From assembly GCA_031273845.1 (NCBI GenBank), contig JAISRC010000162.1:30765-94764 (forward strand): a DNA stretch of 64,000 nucleotides. Direction: 5' to 3'. Numbering within the stretch: position 1 is the stretch's first letter; each line of letters starts with the position of its first letter. Shown here one piece after another: positions 18,262 through 27,755 of this stretch. Made by a program: the position numbers and the translations under genes. The notes under the pieces are model-generated. The model ran no database searches. It was not told the DNA's origin and was given only the letters and a program-made list of their open reading frames with translations. Origin of the DNA: Desulfovibrio sp. (GTDB lineage Bacteria; Desulfobacterota; Desulfovibrionia; Desulfovibrionales; Desulfovibrionaceae).

Positions 18262-19643
18262 ACGCCGTACTCCACACCCTGGACATGGCTTGGCGGGACT
18301 ATCGGCACGAAGCGTTGCTTTCGTCCTGCTCGGTTTTCGTTCTGGCGGCCGTGCTGGCTCCGCTCATGGTGCTTCTGGGCGTGCGCCACGGCGTTGTGCA
18401 GGCCATGACCGAACGTCTGCTGAACGATCCGCGTACCCTGGAAGTTACCCCATCGGGCAGCGGCAAATACGGTCCGCAGTGGTTCCGCGCGCTGTCATCC
18501 CTGCCGGAAACGGCCTTCGTCGTGCCCCAGACCCGTTCCATAGCGGCCACCGTCAATCTTTCCAACCCCGCTGACAAGTGGTCGTCCTCCAATCCCGCAT
18601 CTCTCATTGCCACAGCCGCCGGAGATCCTCTGCCCGCGCGTTGGGGACTGCCCGATGTCGTGCTTGCGGCGGGATACGGGGAACACGGAGGCGGCGGTCC
18701 TTCGGACGGAGGCGGAACACATACGGATGCGGGGGGCGGGAAAATTTCGGGTAAAGGCGCTGTTCCCGTTGCCGGGGTTATACTTTCCGAATCCGCGGCG
18801 CGCAAGGCGGGCCTCGGCGAAGACGCGGCCGGGGCATTGCTTGAGGGTCGGGTGGAGCGCGTTGTCGAAGGCCGGCGCGAGGACGCGGCGGTGACTTTGC
18901 GCGTTGAAGGCGTGCTCCCGGCCGAGGCCTTGGGCACGGACGCCGTGTTCGTGCCTTTGGCCTTGCTTGCGGCTGCCGAGGATTACCGGGACGGCAGGGA
19001 CGCGCCGTTTTTCGTCGCTACGGGCAAGGCGCGCTCCGGCACGGCGGAAAAGCAGGGGACGTTCGACATTGAAGCATACGTCCGCGCGACGCGCGAAGAA
19101 CGGGTCTATGCCTCTTTTCGCCTCTATGCGCGGACCCTGGATGATGTCTCCCCGCTTCGGCAGTATTTTCGGGACAGGGGGGTGGACGTATACGTCCGTG
19201 TGGCGGAAATTGAGGCGGTACGCGATCTGGATCGCGCCTTCAGCGTGGTTTTCGGCCTGATCACCGGGGCGGCCCTGTTCGGATTTACGGCTTCCACCGC
19301 CGGCAATGCCCTGGCAAACGTAAAACGCAAGCGGCGTTCGCTCGGCGTCATGCGCCTGCTCGGTTTTCCCGGCAGAGGCATTCTGCTTTTCCCGGTTGCC
19401 CAGGCCGCGCTGACGGCCGTGCTCGGCGCGGTTGCGGCCTATGTCCTGTACCTTTGCGTGGCCTTCAGCATAGACCTGTTTTTTGCGGGGCGCATTTCCG
19501 GCGCGGCGACCGTATGCGCCTTGCCGCCCGGGCAGGTTCTGGCCGTTTTCGGGGCGGTGTTGCTTGTTTCTGCGGCGGCTTCGCTGTCCGCCGCATACCG
19601 GGCCATAAGCATCGAGCCTTCGGAGGTCATCCGTGATGTGTAA
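18258..19643 (+). CDS. ABC transporter permease, FtsX/MacB type (TagS-like)
   Basis: N-terminal TM, large periplasmic loop, three C-terminal TMs, KRRSLGVMRLLG and SIEPSEVIR. ATGA overlap with the ATPase gene. Confidence 0.85.
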   Translation: MNAVLHTLDMAWRDYRHEALLSSCSVFVLAAVLAPLMVLLGVRHGVVQAMTERLLNDPRTLEVTPSGSGKYGPQWFRALSSLPETAFVVPQTRSIAATVNLSNPADKWSSSNPASLIATAAGDPLPARWGLPDVVLAAGYGEHGGGGPSDGGGTHTDAGGGKISGKGAVPVAGVILSESAARKAGLGEDAAGALLEGRVERVVEGRREDAAVTLRVEGVLPAEALGTDAVFVPLALLAAAEDYRDGRDAPFFVATGKARSGTAEKQGTFDIEAYVRATREERVYASFRLYARTLDDVSPLRQYFRDRGVDVYVRVAEIEAVRDLDRAFSVVFGLITGAALFGFTASTAGNALANVKRKRRSLGVMRLLGFPGRGILLFPVAQAALTAVLGAVAAYVLYLCVAFSIDLFFAGRISGAATVCALPPGQVLAVFGAVLLVSAAASLSAAYRAISIEPSEVIRDV

Positions 19644-21399
19644 GCCGGCGGCGCGCATTCTCCCGGTGTTTCTCGCGCTTTGCCTTGTCCTGCCTTTTTT
19701 CTGCGCCGAAGCGGGTGCCGCCCTCAGGGCCAGAAAGGATACGCCGGCTATGGAGGATCTGTTCAACCCCCACCCGGACGGGGACGATATCGTTCTGCCC
19801 ATGCCCTGCGGGGGCGGCATGGCGTTCAGGGCGGTCGGAGTCCGCGCCGACGGCTATCTGCGCGACATGCAGGGGCTGTTCGGCTGCGATGCCTGTGAAC
19901 GCCGGGAAAACGACTATTACGAGCGCCGGTACAGGGCCGCGATCAGCGCGCCCTTCACCGTCCGGGACGTGCCGGAGGCAATCGCGCGTACGTTGCCCCG
20001 CGCTCCCTCCGGCGAATATTTCTTTTATTTCATCGGCAAGTACGAGATCAGCAATTTCCAGTGGGATGCGGTCATGGAAGGCCGCTGCCCTTCGGCATCC
20101 GCGCCTCTCGCGCCGGAAGACGCTCTGCCCAGGACGGACATGTCGTGGGTGGACGCGGTGAAGTTCGCGGCCGAATATACTGCATGGCTGCTGCGGCATG
20201 CCCCTTCCTCCCTGCCCCGTTTTGCCGGGGACGCCAAAAATGTCGGCTACCTGCGTCTGCCCACCGAGGTGGAATGGGAATATGCCGCGCGCGGCGGGCA
20301 CGCCGTATCCCGTTCCGATATGGCGGAAAAGGATTTTTTCCCTCTGGAAAACGGCAAAACAGAGCAGGATTACGCCGTGTTCAGAGATGAAGGGGGCAAT
20401 GCCCCGGAAGCTCTGCAACCCATAGGTTCCAGGCTGCCCAACCCTTTGGGGCTTTATGACACGGCCGGTAACGCCGCGGAAATGGTCGCCGATTACTTCC
20501 ACTTTTCTCTCGGCGGACGCCTGCACGGGTCGGCGGGAGGCATCGTCAGGAAGGGGGGGAGTTTTCTTTCCTCATCCGCTGAAATACTGCCCGGCAGACG
20601 CGAGGAAGCGGCGCTGTTCATAGCGGACGGGGAGAATAAAACCAGGGACATGGGCGCCCGGCTGGTCTTGTCCGGCATCAATACCCCGGCGGGCGGCCGG
20701 CCGGCACTGCTGGCCGCGGAATGGGCGGCCATGGGTGAGGGCGGCTATGCGCGCCCGCAGCAGGGCATAGACCCCCTGGAAGCTCTGGACCGGGTTATCG
20801 CCGAGGCCGTCGATCCCCGCGACAGGGAGGGCCTGACGCGCCTGCGCGGCATCTTCAAGGATCACAATATCGCTCTGGAGGAAGAAAACGCGGCCAGGGC
20901 CGAGGAACTCATACGCAGCGCCCTGTTCATGCTGGAAACGGTGCGCAATTACGCGGTGCGCCACAAAACCATGCTCGGACTTCTGGAGGAAAGCCGCAAA
21001 AAGTACGCGGACTATGTCGCAACGGGCAAAAGTCCCGCCCTGATTGAAGAAGTCCGCAGAGATACGGCCGATTACGAAAATTTTTGCCGCGACCTGGTCG
21101 TATCTCTTGACGCGGCCCTGCTTTTCTACCGGGGCCGGGTGGAAGCCGCCCTGAAGTTTCCCGAAGATGTTTTCACCTCCAGACTGAAAGCCGTTCAGTC
21201 GGAGTTCAAGGGCGACGACCGCCTGAATGTGAATATGCGCGGGGAACACGCCTTGTATTCCAGGCATGTGGAAATGTTGCGCCGAGGCGGGCGCGCGCAG
21301 ATGAGCAGGGATTTTCTGCTTCGGGACATACTGCCGCAAAATCTGCAAAAAGGGCTGACGGATCAGAGACCCGCGGAGAAACAGGCCGCCGGGTCATGA
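19633..21399 (+). CDS. FGE-sulfatase (SUMF1) domain protein, TagR-like, with C-terminal helical extension
   Basis: Signal peptide, IVLPMPCGG, FIGKYEIS, RLPTEVEWEYAARGG, PNPLGLYDTAGNAAEM and DMGARL. Confidence 0.85.
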   Translation: MMCKPAARILPVFLALCLVLPFFCAEAGAALRARKDTPAMEDLFNPHPDGDDIVLPMPCGGGMAFRAVGVRADGYLRDMQGLFGCDACERRENDYYERRYRAAISAPFTVRDVPEAIARTLPRAPSGEYFFYFIGKYEISNFQWDAVMEGRCPSASAPLAPEDALPRTDMSWVDAVKFAAEYTAWLLRHAPSSLPRFAGDAKNVGYLRLPTEVEWEYAARGGHAVSRSDMAEKDFFPLENGKTEQDYAVFRDEGGNAPEALQPIGSRLPNPLGLYDTAGNAAEMVADYFHFSLGGRLHGSAGGIVRKGGSFLSSSAEILPGRREEAALFIADGENKTRDMGARLVLSGINTPAGGRPALLAAEWAAMGEGGYARPQQGIDPLEALDRVIAEAVDPRDREGLTRLRGIFKDHNIALEEENAARAEELIRSALFMLETVRNYAVRHKTMLGLLEESRKKYADYVATGKSPALIEEVRRDTADYENFCRDLVVSLDAALLFYRGRVEAALKFPEDVFTSRLKAVQSEFKGDDRLNVNMRGEHALYSRHVEMLRRGGRAQMSRDFLLRDILPQNLQKGLTDQRPAEKQAAGS

Positions 21400-22211
21400 C
21401 GGACGCTCCGCCCTTTGCCGAACTGTGGGCTGCGTTGCGCGAGCGCGGCATAGATGAGGAACGCGCTTTCTGGGACGACAGGGCTGAAGAATTCAACGCA
21501 TTCGTCCACAACAGGGCCGGGGAAGACTCCCCGGCGGATTTCCTGCAGGAGCGCGGGGCGCTGTTCCCCGGCGCGGAAGTGCTGGACATAGGCTGCGGCG
21601 CGGGGCGCCATGCCCTGGATTTTGCGGGTCGGGGGGCGCGCGTCACGGGGCTGGACATTTCCCCTCTGATGATCGGCCATGCCGGAGCCAATGCCCGCGA
21701 ATCGGGGCTGAATATACGTTTTATCACGATGCCCTGGGAGGATGCGGACATTGAGGCTCTCGGCCTTGAGCGCGCTTTCGACCTCGTGGTGTCGGTGCGG
21801 AGTCCGGCGATCAATTCTCGGGAAACATTGATGAAAATGTGCCGCGCTTCGCGCGCGTATTGTTTTTTGAGCGCGTTCATCCACAGGGACGACATGTTGC
21901 TCGCGCCCGTCGCGGAACGGGTTGCGCCCGGGCGGATGCTGCACAGGCATGTGGGCGGCGCGCTCTATGCGTTCAACATACTGTGTTCGTGCGGTATCTG
22001 TCCCGGTTTTTACCGCCGGGGCGCGACGTGGAGCAGAGAGATCGGGCGGGAGGAAGCGGTGGAGCTTTGGGCGGGGGCGCTCGGTCCCCATCTTGCGGAT
22101 GCCGGAATGCGGGTGGAGGATCTGCCGGCCCTGCTTCCGGCGGCCGACGGCAACGGCCGGCTGTGCCGTACAATCAGGGCAGAAACCGCCTGGATATTCT
22201 GGAAAATATGA
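21396..22211 (+). CDS. Class I SAM-dependent methyltransferase
   Basis: VLDIGCGAGRHALDFA...VTGLDISPLMI motif I. ATGA overlap with the upstream gene. Confidence 0.9.
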   Translation: MTDAPPFAELWAALRERGIDEERAFWDDRAEEFNAFVHNRAGEDSPADFLQERGALFPGAEVLDIGCGAGRHALDFAGRGARVTGLDISPLMIGHAGANARESGLNIRFITMPWEDADIEALGLERAFDLVVSVRSPAINSRETLMKMCRASRAYCFLSAFIHRDDMLLAPVAERVAPGRMLHRHVGGALYAFNILCSCGICPGFYRRGATWSREIGREEAVELWAGALGPHLADAGMRVEDLPALLPAADGNGRLCRTIRAETAWIFWKI

Positions 22212-22269
22212 GACAGCTTTTTTAGAGCATGTTACGTTTGAGACTTTCGCTTTTTGACCTTGGGGAGAG

Positions 22270-23610
22270 TTGCTGGTATGTACGCTGAAAATCGTATCGC
22301 GGAGGAAAGTCGTGTATGGCGGATATTATTGTGTTGCCCGGCATCGCTGTTTCGGCCCTGTCTTTGTACTACTGTGCGTATTGAAAAGTAAACTTTTCAA
22401 TACAGGGTTGCCGGCCGCAAAAGACGCTTTTCGGCCGGCCCGCGCTGCTTCGCGGCCTAGCGGCCTGCCGGCCGATGTACAGATTTCCGTGCGGCAAGCT
22501 GCGTCTGCGCCGCTCCTTTGCCTTTTTGCGCTCCTGCTCCTGTCCGCATGCGGAGGCGGGGCGGCCGTGCGGGGTGAGAGCACGACCTCCGCGCCCCCGC
22601 ATGCGGGCAAGCCCGAACCCATACAGCCGGTGGTCGGAACCGGTTCCGCCCTGCCAGAAGCCGGCGGCGCGGCGGAAACGGCGGGCAAGGCGCAGGCGAC
22701 GCCCGTTGCGGGAAGCGCGAAAAAGGCCGTGAAAAGCGCCGCAGCAGGGAGCGCGTCCGCTGACTGGACCGTGTTGGTAAACAGACTGCGTAATGACCCG
22801 GCTGCCGCCGGACTGGACGGCATGTTTCAGGGGCTTCCCGCATACTCCCCGCAACCGATGGGGGAAAAGATCAGGGAATTGTTCACCAGAGCCTTTATGC
22901 GCAAGCGCAAACCGGATGACGGCAGGCCGCGTGAACCCCGGCCGCGCATCTACCGCAACGTGGTTACTGCCGAGAACCTGAGTAAATGCCGGGATTTTCT
23001 CAGCGCCCACGCCGCTGCTTTCGACGCCGTGGAAAAAAAATATCCGGTTCCGCGCGAGATACTGGTATCCCTGCTCTTCGTGGAAACACGCCTCGGCGTG
23101 TATACGGGTAAAGAAAACGCCTTCTGGAGTCTGGCCTGCATGGCAGCCGCCGATTCACCCGAACGCATGAAAGGCGGACTTTCCGGCATCCCGATAACGA
23201 GCCGGCACGATGCCTGGCTGCGGGCGCGGCTCAAGGACAAATCCGACTGGGCCTACAAGGAACTGCGCGCCCTGTTGCTCTTTTGCCGGGCCAACGGGAT
23301 CAACCCCCTTTCCGTTCCGGGTTCCGTATACGGCGCCATAGGCATCTGCCAGTTTATGCCGTCCAATCTGGACAAGTTCGCCGAGGACGGCGACGGGGAC
23401 GGGGTGATCAACCTTTTCTCCGAGGCCGATGCCGTTTTCAGCGCGGCCCGTTATCTGACCCGGCACGGCTGGCAGGCCGGACTCGGCGTCGAAGGACGGC
23501 GCGGCGTACTGAAGCGCTACAACAATCTGAATATTTACGCGGATACCATCCTGACCATGGCCGAATCCCTGCGCGGCGGCGTGCTCCTTTCCGCCCCGCC
23601 GGAGCGCTGA
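22270..23610 (+). CDS. Lytic murein transglycosylase, MltB/SLT_2 family lipoprotein
   Basis: Lipobox LLLSAC, catalytic LFVETRLG, GAIGICQFMPS and EF-hand-like DGDGDG. The true start is probably downstream of 22270 (about 22489). Confidence 0.88.
   Translation: MLVCTLKIVSRRKVVYGGYYCVARHRCFGPVFVLLCVLKSKLFNTGLPAAKDAFRPARAASRPSGLPADVQISVRQAASAPLLCLFALLLLSACGGGAAVRGESTTSAPPHAGKPEPIQPVVGTGSALPEAGGAAETAGKAQATPVAGSAKKAVKSAAAGSASADWTVLVNRLRNDPAAAGLDGMFQGLPAYSPQPMGEKIRELFTRAFMRKRKPDDGRPREPRPRIYRNVVTAENLSKCRDFLSAHAAAFDAVEKKYPVPREILVSLLFVETRLGVYTGKENAFWSLACMAAADSPERMKGGLSGIPITSRHDAWLRARLKDKSDWAYKELRALLLFCRANGINPLSVPGSVYGAIGICQFMPSNLDKFAEDGDGDGVINLFSEADAVFSAARYLTRHGWQAGLGVEGRRGVLKRYNNLNIYADTILTMAESLRGGVLLSAPPER
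22378..22403. promoter_or_regulatory. Perfect AT-rich inverted repeat (possible operator or terminator)
   Basis: GTATTGAAAAG-TAAA-CTTTTCAATAC: 11-bp arms and a 4-nt loop. Confidence 0.4.
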
Positions 23611-23618
23611 CCGCGCCG

Positions 23619-23686
23619 TTTCACCAAAATTTCCTTTATGGTTTGAAACCTCTCCCTTCAGGGAGATTGCCGGTTGACTCCCGGCA
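23619..23686 (-). repeat. 68-bp dispersed repeat (family D), copy 1
   Basis: Its reverse complement aligns without gaps to 63683-63750 at 57/68 by hand count. Core hairpin CTCCC-TGAA-GGGAG. Confidence 0.85.
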
Positions 23687-23820
23687 AGGCCTTGAGTAGA
23701 TTTCAGGTAACTCCTTCATCCAGGGAGGGGGCAAGGCGGTCGGGCCCTATCCGCCGGGACGGAGCCAATCGGCGGCCGGAGCCGGTTGTGGATTGAAACA
23801 TACTCGCCCTTATTCACCCC

Positions 23821-23915
23821 TATTTACGCTTGAGATAGTTGTTACGGCGGGCAAAGCCCGCCTTGCAGCCGGCCCCCCCCCCCCGGCAGGGCTATGCCTG
23901 CAAACCACTGCAAAG
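23821..23915 (+). repeat. Family-C dispersed repeat
   Basis: atttacgcttgagatagttgttacggcgggcaaagcccgcc...gcctgcaaacc, homologous to 35716-35805 and to the reverse complement of 47521-47583. Confidence 0.7.
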
Positions 23916-23928
23916 CGGATACACTTTT

Positions 23929-26673
23929 TCAACGTTGATCCGACCTATCTTTTCCGGAGGGCAGATAGAGGCGCAGTTTCGCCAGGATTTCCTCCAGACT
24001 CAGAGGCTTGCCCACATGGTCGTTCATGCCCGAGGCGAGGCATGCCTCGATGTCCTCGCGGAACACGTTGGCGGTCATGGCGACGATGGGCACGGAACGC
24101 GCCTGCGGAACATCCAGGGCGCGGATGGTGCGCGTGGCCTCGAAACCGTCCATCTCCGGCATCTGCACATCCATGAAAATCAAATCGTAGCCGTCCGGCG
24201 CTTCGCGGAACATACGCAGGGCCTCCGCGCCGTTCTCCGCGCATTCGATTTCCAGATGCGTCGGCTCCAGCAGGGTGCAGACGATCTCCCGGTTGATGTC
24301 CACATCCTCGGCAAGCATCATGCGGAAGCCGGAAAAATCGTCGTACTTTTCCTGCCGGGTTTCAACCGCGCGCAGGGTGCGCGCACTCATGCATTCGTTG
24401 ACGCAATCCACAATTGAGGACGGAAACAGAGGTTTGGGCAGAAAACGATCCACCCCGGCGGCCTCGGCCTCCCGCTCGACGGCACTCCTGTCCGCGGCGG
24501 TCATCAATACGAGCACATGCCGGCCCGCGCCGCGTTTCCTTATTTCAACCGCAAGTTCAATGCCGTTCATGCCCGGCATTTTCCAGTCCACAAAATACAG
24601 ATCATAAGGACCGTGCCGCTCCAGCAGCGCAAGCGCCGCTTCGCCGCTCTCCGCCGTATCGCAGACTCCCCCGGCGCATCCCACGACTTCCGTGAAAAAG
24701 CGCAGTGTTTCCACATCGTCGTCAACGGCGAGCATTTTTACGGCGGCCCAGTCCACGGCGACGCCGGGTCCGTCGTCGCCGTCTGCGCCGCGCCTGAGCC
24801 GCGCCGTAAAGGCAAAGGTCGAACCCTTGCCCGGCTCGGATTCGATCCAGATGCGGCCCTCCATCATTTCCACTATGCGCTTGGAAATGGCCAGCCCCAG
24901 TCCGGTACCGCCGAACTTGCGCGAGGTGGAGCTTTCCGCCTGCTGAAAGGAAGTGAACAGGCGGGCTTTCTGTTCTTCGTTGACGCCTATGCCTGTGTCG
25001 ATGACTGCAAATTTTACGGTGCAGACGCCCCCATCCTCCCGCTCCAGAGAGGCGGACAGATGTATGGAGCCGAAATTCGGCGTGAATTTCACGGCATTTG
25101 AAAGCAGGTTGGTCAGCACCTGCGACAGACGCAGGTCGTCGCCGATGAGCACGGCGGGGATGCCGCGCCCGAGTTCCACATTAAATTTCTGCTGTTTTTC
25201 CTCAATGCGGAAGTTGACGACATCGACCACTTTGCGGAGCATTTTTTCAAAATTGAAGGCAACGGGCGAAAGCTCCAGCTTGTTGGCCTCTATCTTGGAC
25301 ATATCCAGAACATCGTTGATGACGCCGAGCAGATGGGTGGACGCCTCTTCTATTTTTTTAAAGGCATAATCTTTCTTTTCCGCGTCCGTAGCGCTTTTGC
25401 CTATGGCCGTCATGCCTATGACGGCGTTCATGGGGGTGCGAATTTCATGGCTCATGTTGGAGAGGAATTCGCTTTTCGCCCGTGTGCCGGCCAGGGCTTC
25501 CTCCCGCGCCCGGATGAGTTTGTGGTTCGTCTCGTTGCGCAGCCATGCGTTGACGATGATCAACCCGGCCGATTGCTGGATCAGGATTTCAGCCTTGGAG
25601 AAGGTCCGTACCTTTTTACGGTCCTCATAGGCGATATAGCCCCAGAATTCGCCGCGTATAAATACGGGCACCGCCAAAACGGAGAGAATACCGTGCCGGC
25701 CGAGAGATTCCCGTTCCGCCGGCGACAGCTCACTGACCGGCCCGATGACGAACTGCCCGGCGGCGAACTTTTCCTTCCAGCCCGGAACGGCGTCGTCATA
25801 AGCGTTCTCAAGCGCGCATTCACGGCTGCTCCGCTGATCTCCGCCTTCCTGCCACGCGAACAGGCAACGGTAATGCAGCCTGCCGTCCCGCACAAAATTT
25901 TCCCAAACCCGCAGGCGGTCTATGTCGGCGCAGTGCGCCATTATTTCCAGGCAAAACCACAAGTCGTCGTCAAAGGTTTCCTCATCGGCCTGAAGCAAGA
26001 CCTCGGCAATTTTGTTGACCACGCCCATCAGGACGGAATGACGCTCGTTTTCCGCCTCCATTTCGTTGCGCTCCACCGCATTGGCCAACAAAAGGCTCCC
26101 GGAAGCCAGAATGTCCGCTTCATCGGCGGGAAATTCGCGCTCCCTGCGGAGGTCGTCAAAGGAAACAAATCCCCAGAACGTGTTCTGCAGAAAAACCGGA
26201 ACGACCAGCAGGGATATGACGGCGTAAGGAGTGAGTCGCTCCCGCTCGACCGCCGAAAGGGAACTCACGGGACCGTTGACGCTCCGCTTGGCGCGGAAGT
26301 GCTCCTCCCATTGCGGTATGCTCTCGACATAGGCGAACTGCATTGTATCATTGACAATGTCGCGCCAGTCCGACACATCCTCCCGCCAGGAAAATATCTG
26401 CCTGTAGTGCAGCGTTCCACCTTCAAGGTAGTTTTTCCAGATAGTTATGCGTTGTACGCCGACGCAGGCGGCCATCATGCCCATGCTTCTCCACAGGGCG
26501 TGACCAAAGCCGGCTCTGTCCGCGCTCAAGAGCATGATGGCCGCATTGTTCACCACGTTCAACAGTTCCCCTTGCCTTACGAGTTGGGCGACGGGGAGTT
26601 CCTCGGAGAAAATATAGAGGCCGGTGGAGTCCTTCATGTATTGTATTTTGCCGGCTTTGCCGGCGATGCGCAA
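23929..26673 (-). CDS. Cytoplasmic hybrid sensor histidine kinase (GAF-GAF-HisKA-HATPase-REC-REC)
   Basis: H-box [15 protein letters not shown]-box [11 protein letters not shown]-boxes DTGIG and [10 protein letters not shown], and two receiver domains ([19 protein letters not shown]). No TM. Start may be ATG 26637. Confidence 0.93.
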   Translation of the reverse strand: MRIAGKAGKIQYMKDSTGLYIFSEELPVAQLVRQGELLNVVNNAAIMLLSADRAGFGHALWRSMGMMAACVGVQRITIWKNYLEGGTLHYRQIFSWREDVSDWRDIVNDTMQFAYVESIPQWEEHFRAKRSVNGPVSSLSAVERERLTPYAVISLLVVPVFLQNTFWGFVSFDDLRREREFPADEADILASGSLLLANAVERNEMEAENERHSVLMGVVNKIAEVLLQADEETFDDDLWFCLEIMAHCADIDRLRVWENFVRDGRLHYRCLFAWQEGGDQRSSRECALENAYDDAVPGWKEKFAAGQFVIGPVSELSPAERESLGRHGILSVLAVPVFIRGEFWGYIAYEDRKKVRTFSKAEILIQQSAGLIIVNAWLRNETNHKLIRAREEALAGTRAKSEFLSNMSHEIRTPMNAVIGMTAIGKSATDAEKKDYAFKKIEEASTHLLGVINDVLDMSKIEANKLELSPVAFNFEKMLRKVVDVVNFRIEEKQQKFNVELGRGIPAVLIGDDLRLSQVLTNLLSNAVKFTPNFGSIHLSASLEREDGGVCTVKFAVIDTGIGVNEEQKARLFTSFQQAESSTSRKFGGTGLGLAISKRIVEMMEGRIWIESEPGKGSTFAFTARLRRGADGDDGPGVAVDWAAVKMLAVDDDVETLRFFTEVVGCAGGVCDTAESGEAALALLERHGPYDLYFVDWKMPGMNGIELAVEIRKRGAGRHVLVLMTAADRSAVEREAEAAGVDRFLPKPLFPSSIVDCVNECMSARTLRAVETRQEKYDDFSGFRMMLAEDVDINREIVCTLLEPTHLEIECAENGAEALRMFREAPDGYDLIFMDVQMPEMDGFEATRTIRALDVPQARSVPIVAMTANVFREDIEACLASGMNDHVGKPLSLEEILAKLRLYLPSGKDRSDQR

Positions 26674-26740
26674 CCGCTCTTTTGAACATTACCGCCGTTT
26701 CTTTGTTTCTGCCCGCGGCCTTTGTAAAGAGAGAGCGCGA

Positions 26741-27745
26741 CTATTGAGGCGCGGTACCGGCCAATTCCAGCCTGTACTGCTCTATGCCGTCGGCTATGCC
26801 TTCGCATTGCCGGGAAAGGTATTTATCCGATTTCAGGCTCGCCGCATCGTCTTTATTGGTGATGTAGCCGAACTCCACAAGTACGGCAGGCATGCGCGCT
26901 CCGAGCAACACATAAAACGGCGCCGAACGCACCCCGTTGTCGAAAGCGGGCAGGCCGGCCTTTTTCAGGCTGTTCAGTATGCCCCGGTGCACGGTTTCGG
27001 CCAGACGGCGTGATTCCTTGACCTTGGAACTGAGCATGAGATCGGTGAGGATGAACTGGAGATCACTGATTTTGCCGGCCGATACCCCGTTTTCACGGGC
27101 GGCCACCGTGACCGCGTCGCCGGTCTTGGCTTCGCTCAGATAATAGATTTCCAGCCCGCGCACGGAGGGTTTGGGATTGGCGTTGACGTGCAGGGAGATG
27201 AACAGGTCGGCCTTTTTCGCATTGGCCGCGTTCGGGCGCTGTTGCAAGGTAAGATAACCGTTGCCGGAGCGGGTATAGAGCACGGTAAAGCCGCGCCGGC
27301 GCAAAATCGCGCCCAGACGCTTGGCCATGTCCAGGGTAAAATTTTTTTCCACGATGCCTGCCCCCTCGGCGCCGGGGTCTTTGCCCCCGTGCCCGGCATC
27401 CAGCATGATGGTCTTGACCTCCAGACCGAGCTGCGCCAGCAGAGCGGAATTTTTTTCGGCCGGAGTCGGCTGTCGGGCTTGGGCCGCGCTCTTCTTTTTT
27501 GTCGCCGCCGCCTGCGGCGTCTTGCCTGCCGCTGAGCCGGCTTTGCCTGCCGCCGAGCCGGCTTTGCCTGTCGTGGAGCCGGCTTTGCCTGTCGCGGGCT
27601 GCCCGGCAGCGGACGCGGCCGGACTTTCGCCCGCGCAAAGCGCGAACACTGCCGGCAACAGCAGGCAAAAGGCAAATATTCTCAGGAAGGGGGGGAAGAA
27701 CCGCTTTGTACGGGACGGCGCGGGCTTTTTGCCGCGCCGTCCCAT
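26741..27745 (-). CDS. amiC: N-acetylmuramoyl-L-alanine amidase (Amidase_3)
   Basis: IMLDAGHGGKDPGA, EK, LFISLHVNA, RGLEIYY and MPAVLVEFGYITN. Start set at ATG 27745, just after the bamA stop. Confidence 0.88.
   Translation of the reverse strand: MGRRGKKPAPSRTKRFFPPFLRIFAFCLLLPAVFALCAGESPAASAAGQPATGKAGSTTGKAGSAAGKAGSAAGKTPQAAATKKKSAAQARQPTPAEKNSALLAQLGLEVKTIMLDAGHGGKDPGAEGAGIVEKNFTLDMAKRLGAILRRRGFTVLYTRSGNGYLTLQQRPNAANAKKADLFISLHVNANPKPSVRGLEIYYLSEAKTGDAVTVAARENGVSAGKISDLQFILTDLMLSSKVKESRRLAETVHRGILNSLKKAGLPAFDNGVRSAPFYVLLGARMPAVLVEFGYITNKDDAASLKSDKYLSRQCEGIADGIEQYRLELAGTAPQ
27534..27597 (-). repeat. 21-bp tandem repeat in the amidase linker (TGKAGST/AGKAGSA)
   Basis: gagccggctttgcctg recurs three times with a 21-bp period. 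Confidence 0.8.
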
Positions 27746-27755
27746 ACGGACAGGA

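Noticed and set aside
4315-21399. Calling the cluster a type VI secretion system
   Set aside because: No structural T6SS genes (tssA-M, hcp, vgrG, PAAR, clpV) are seen in the window; only accessory Tag-like genes are present.
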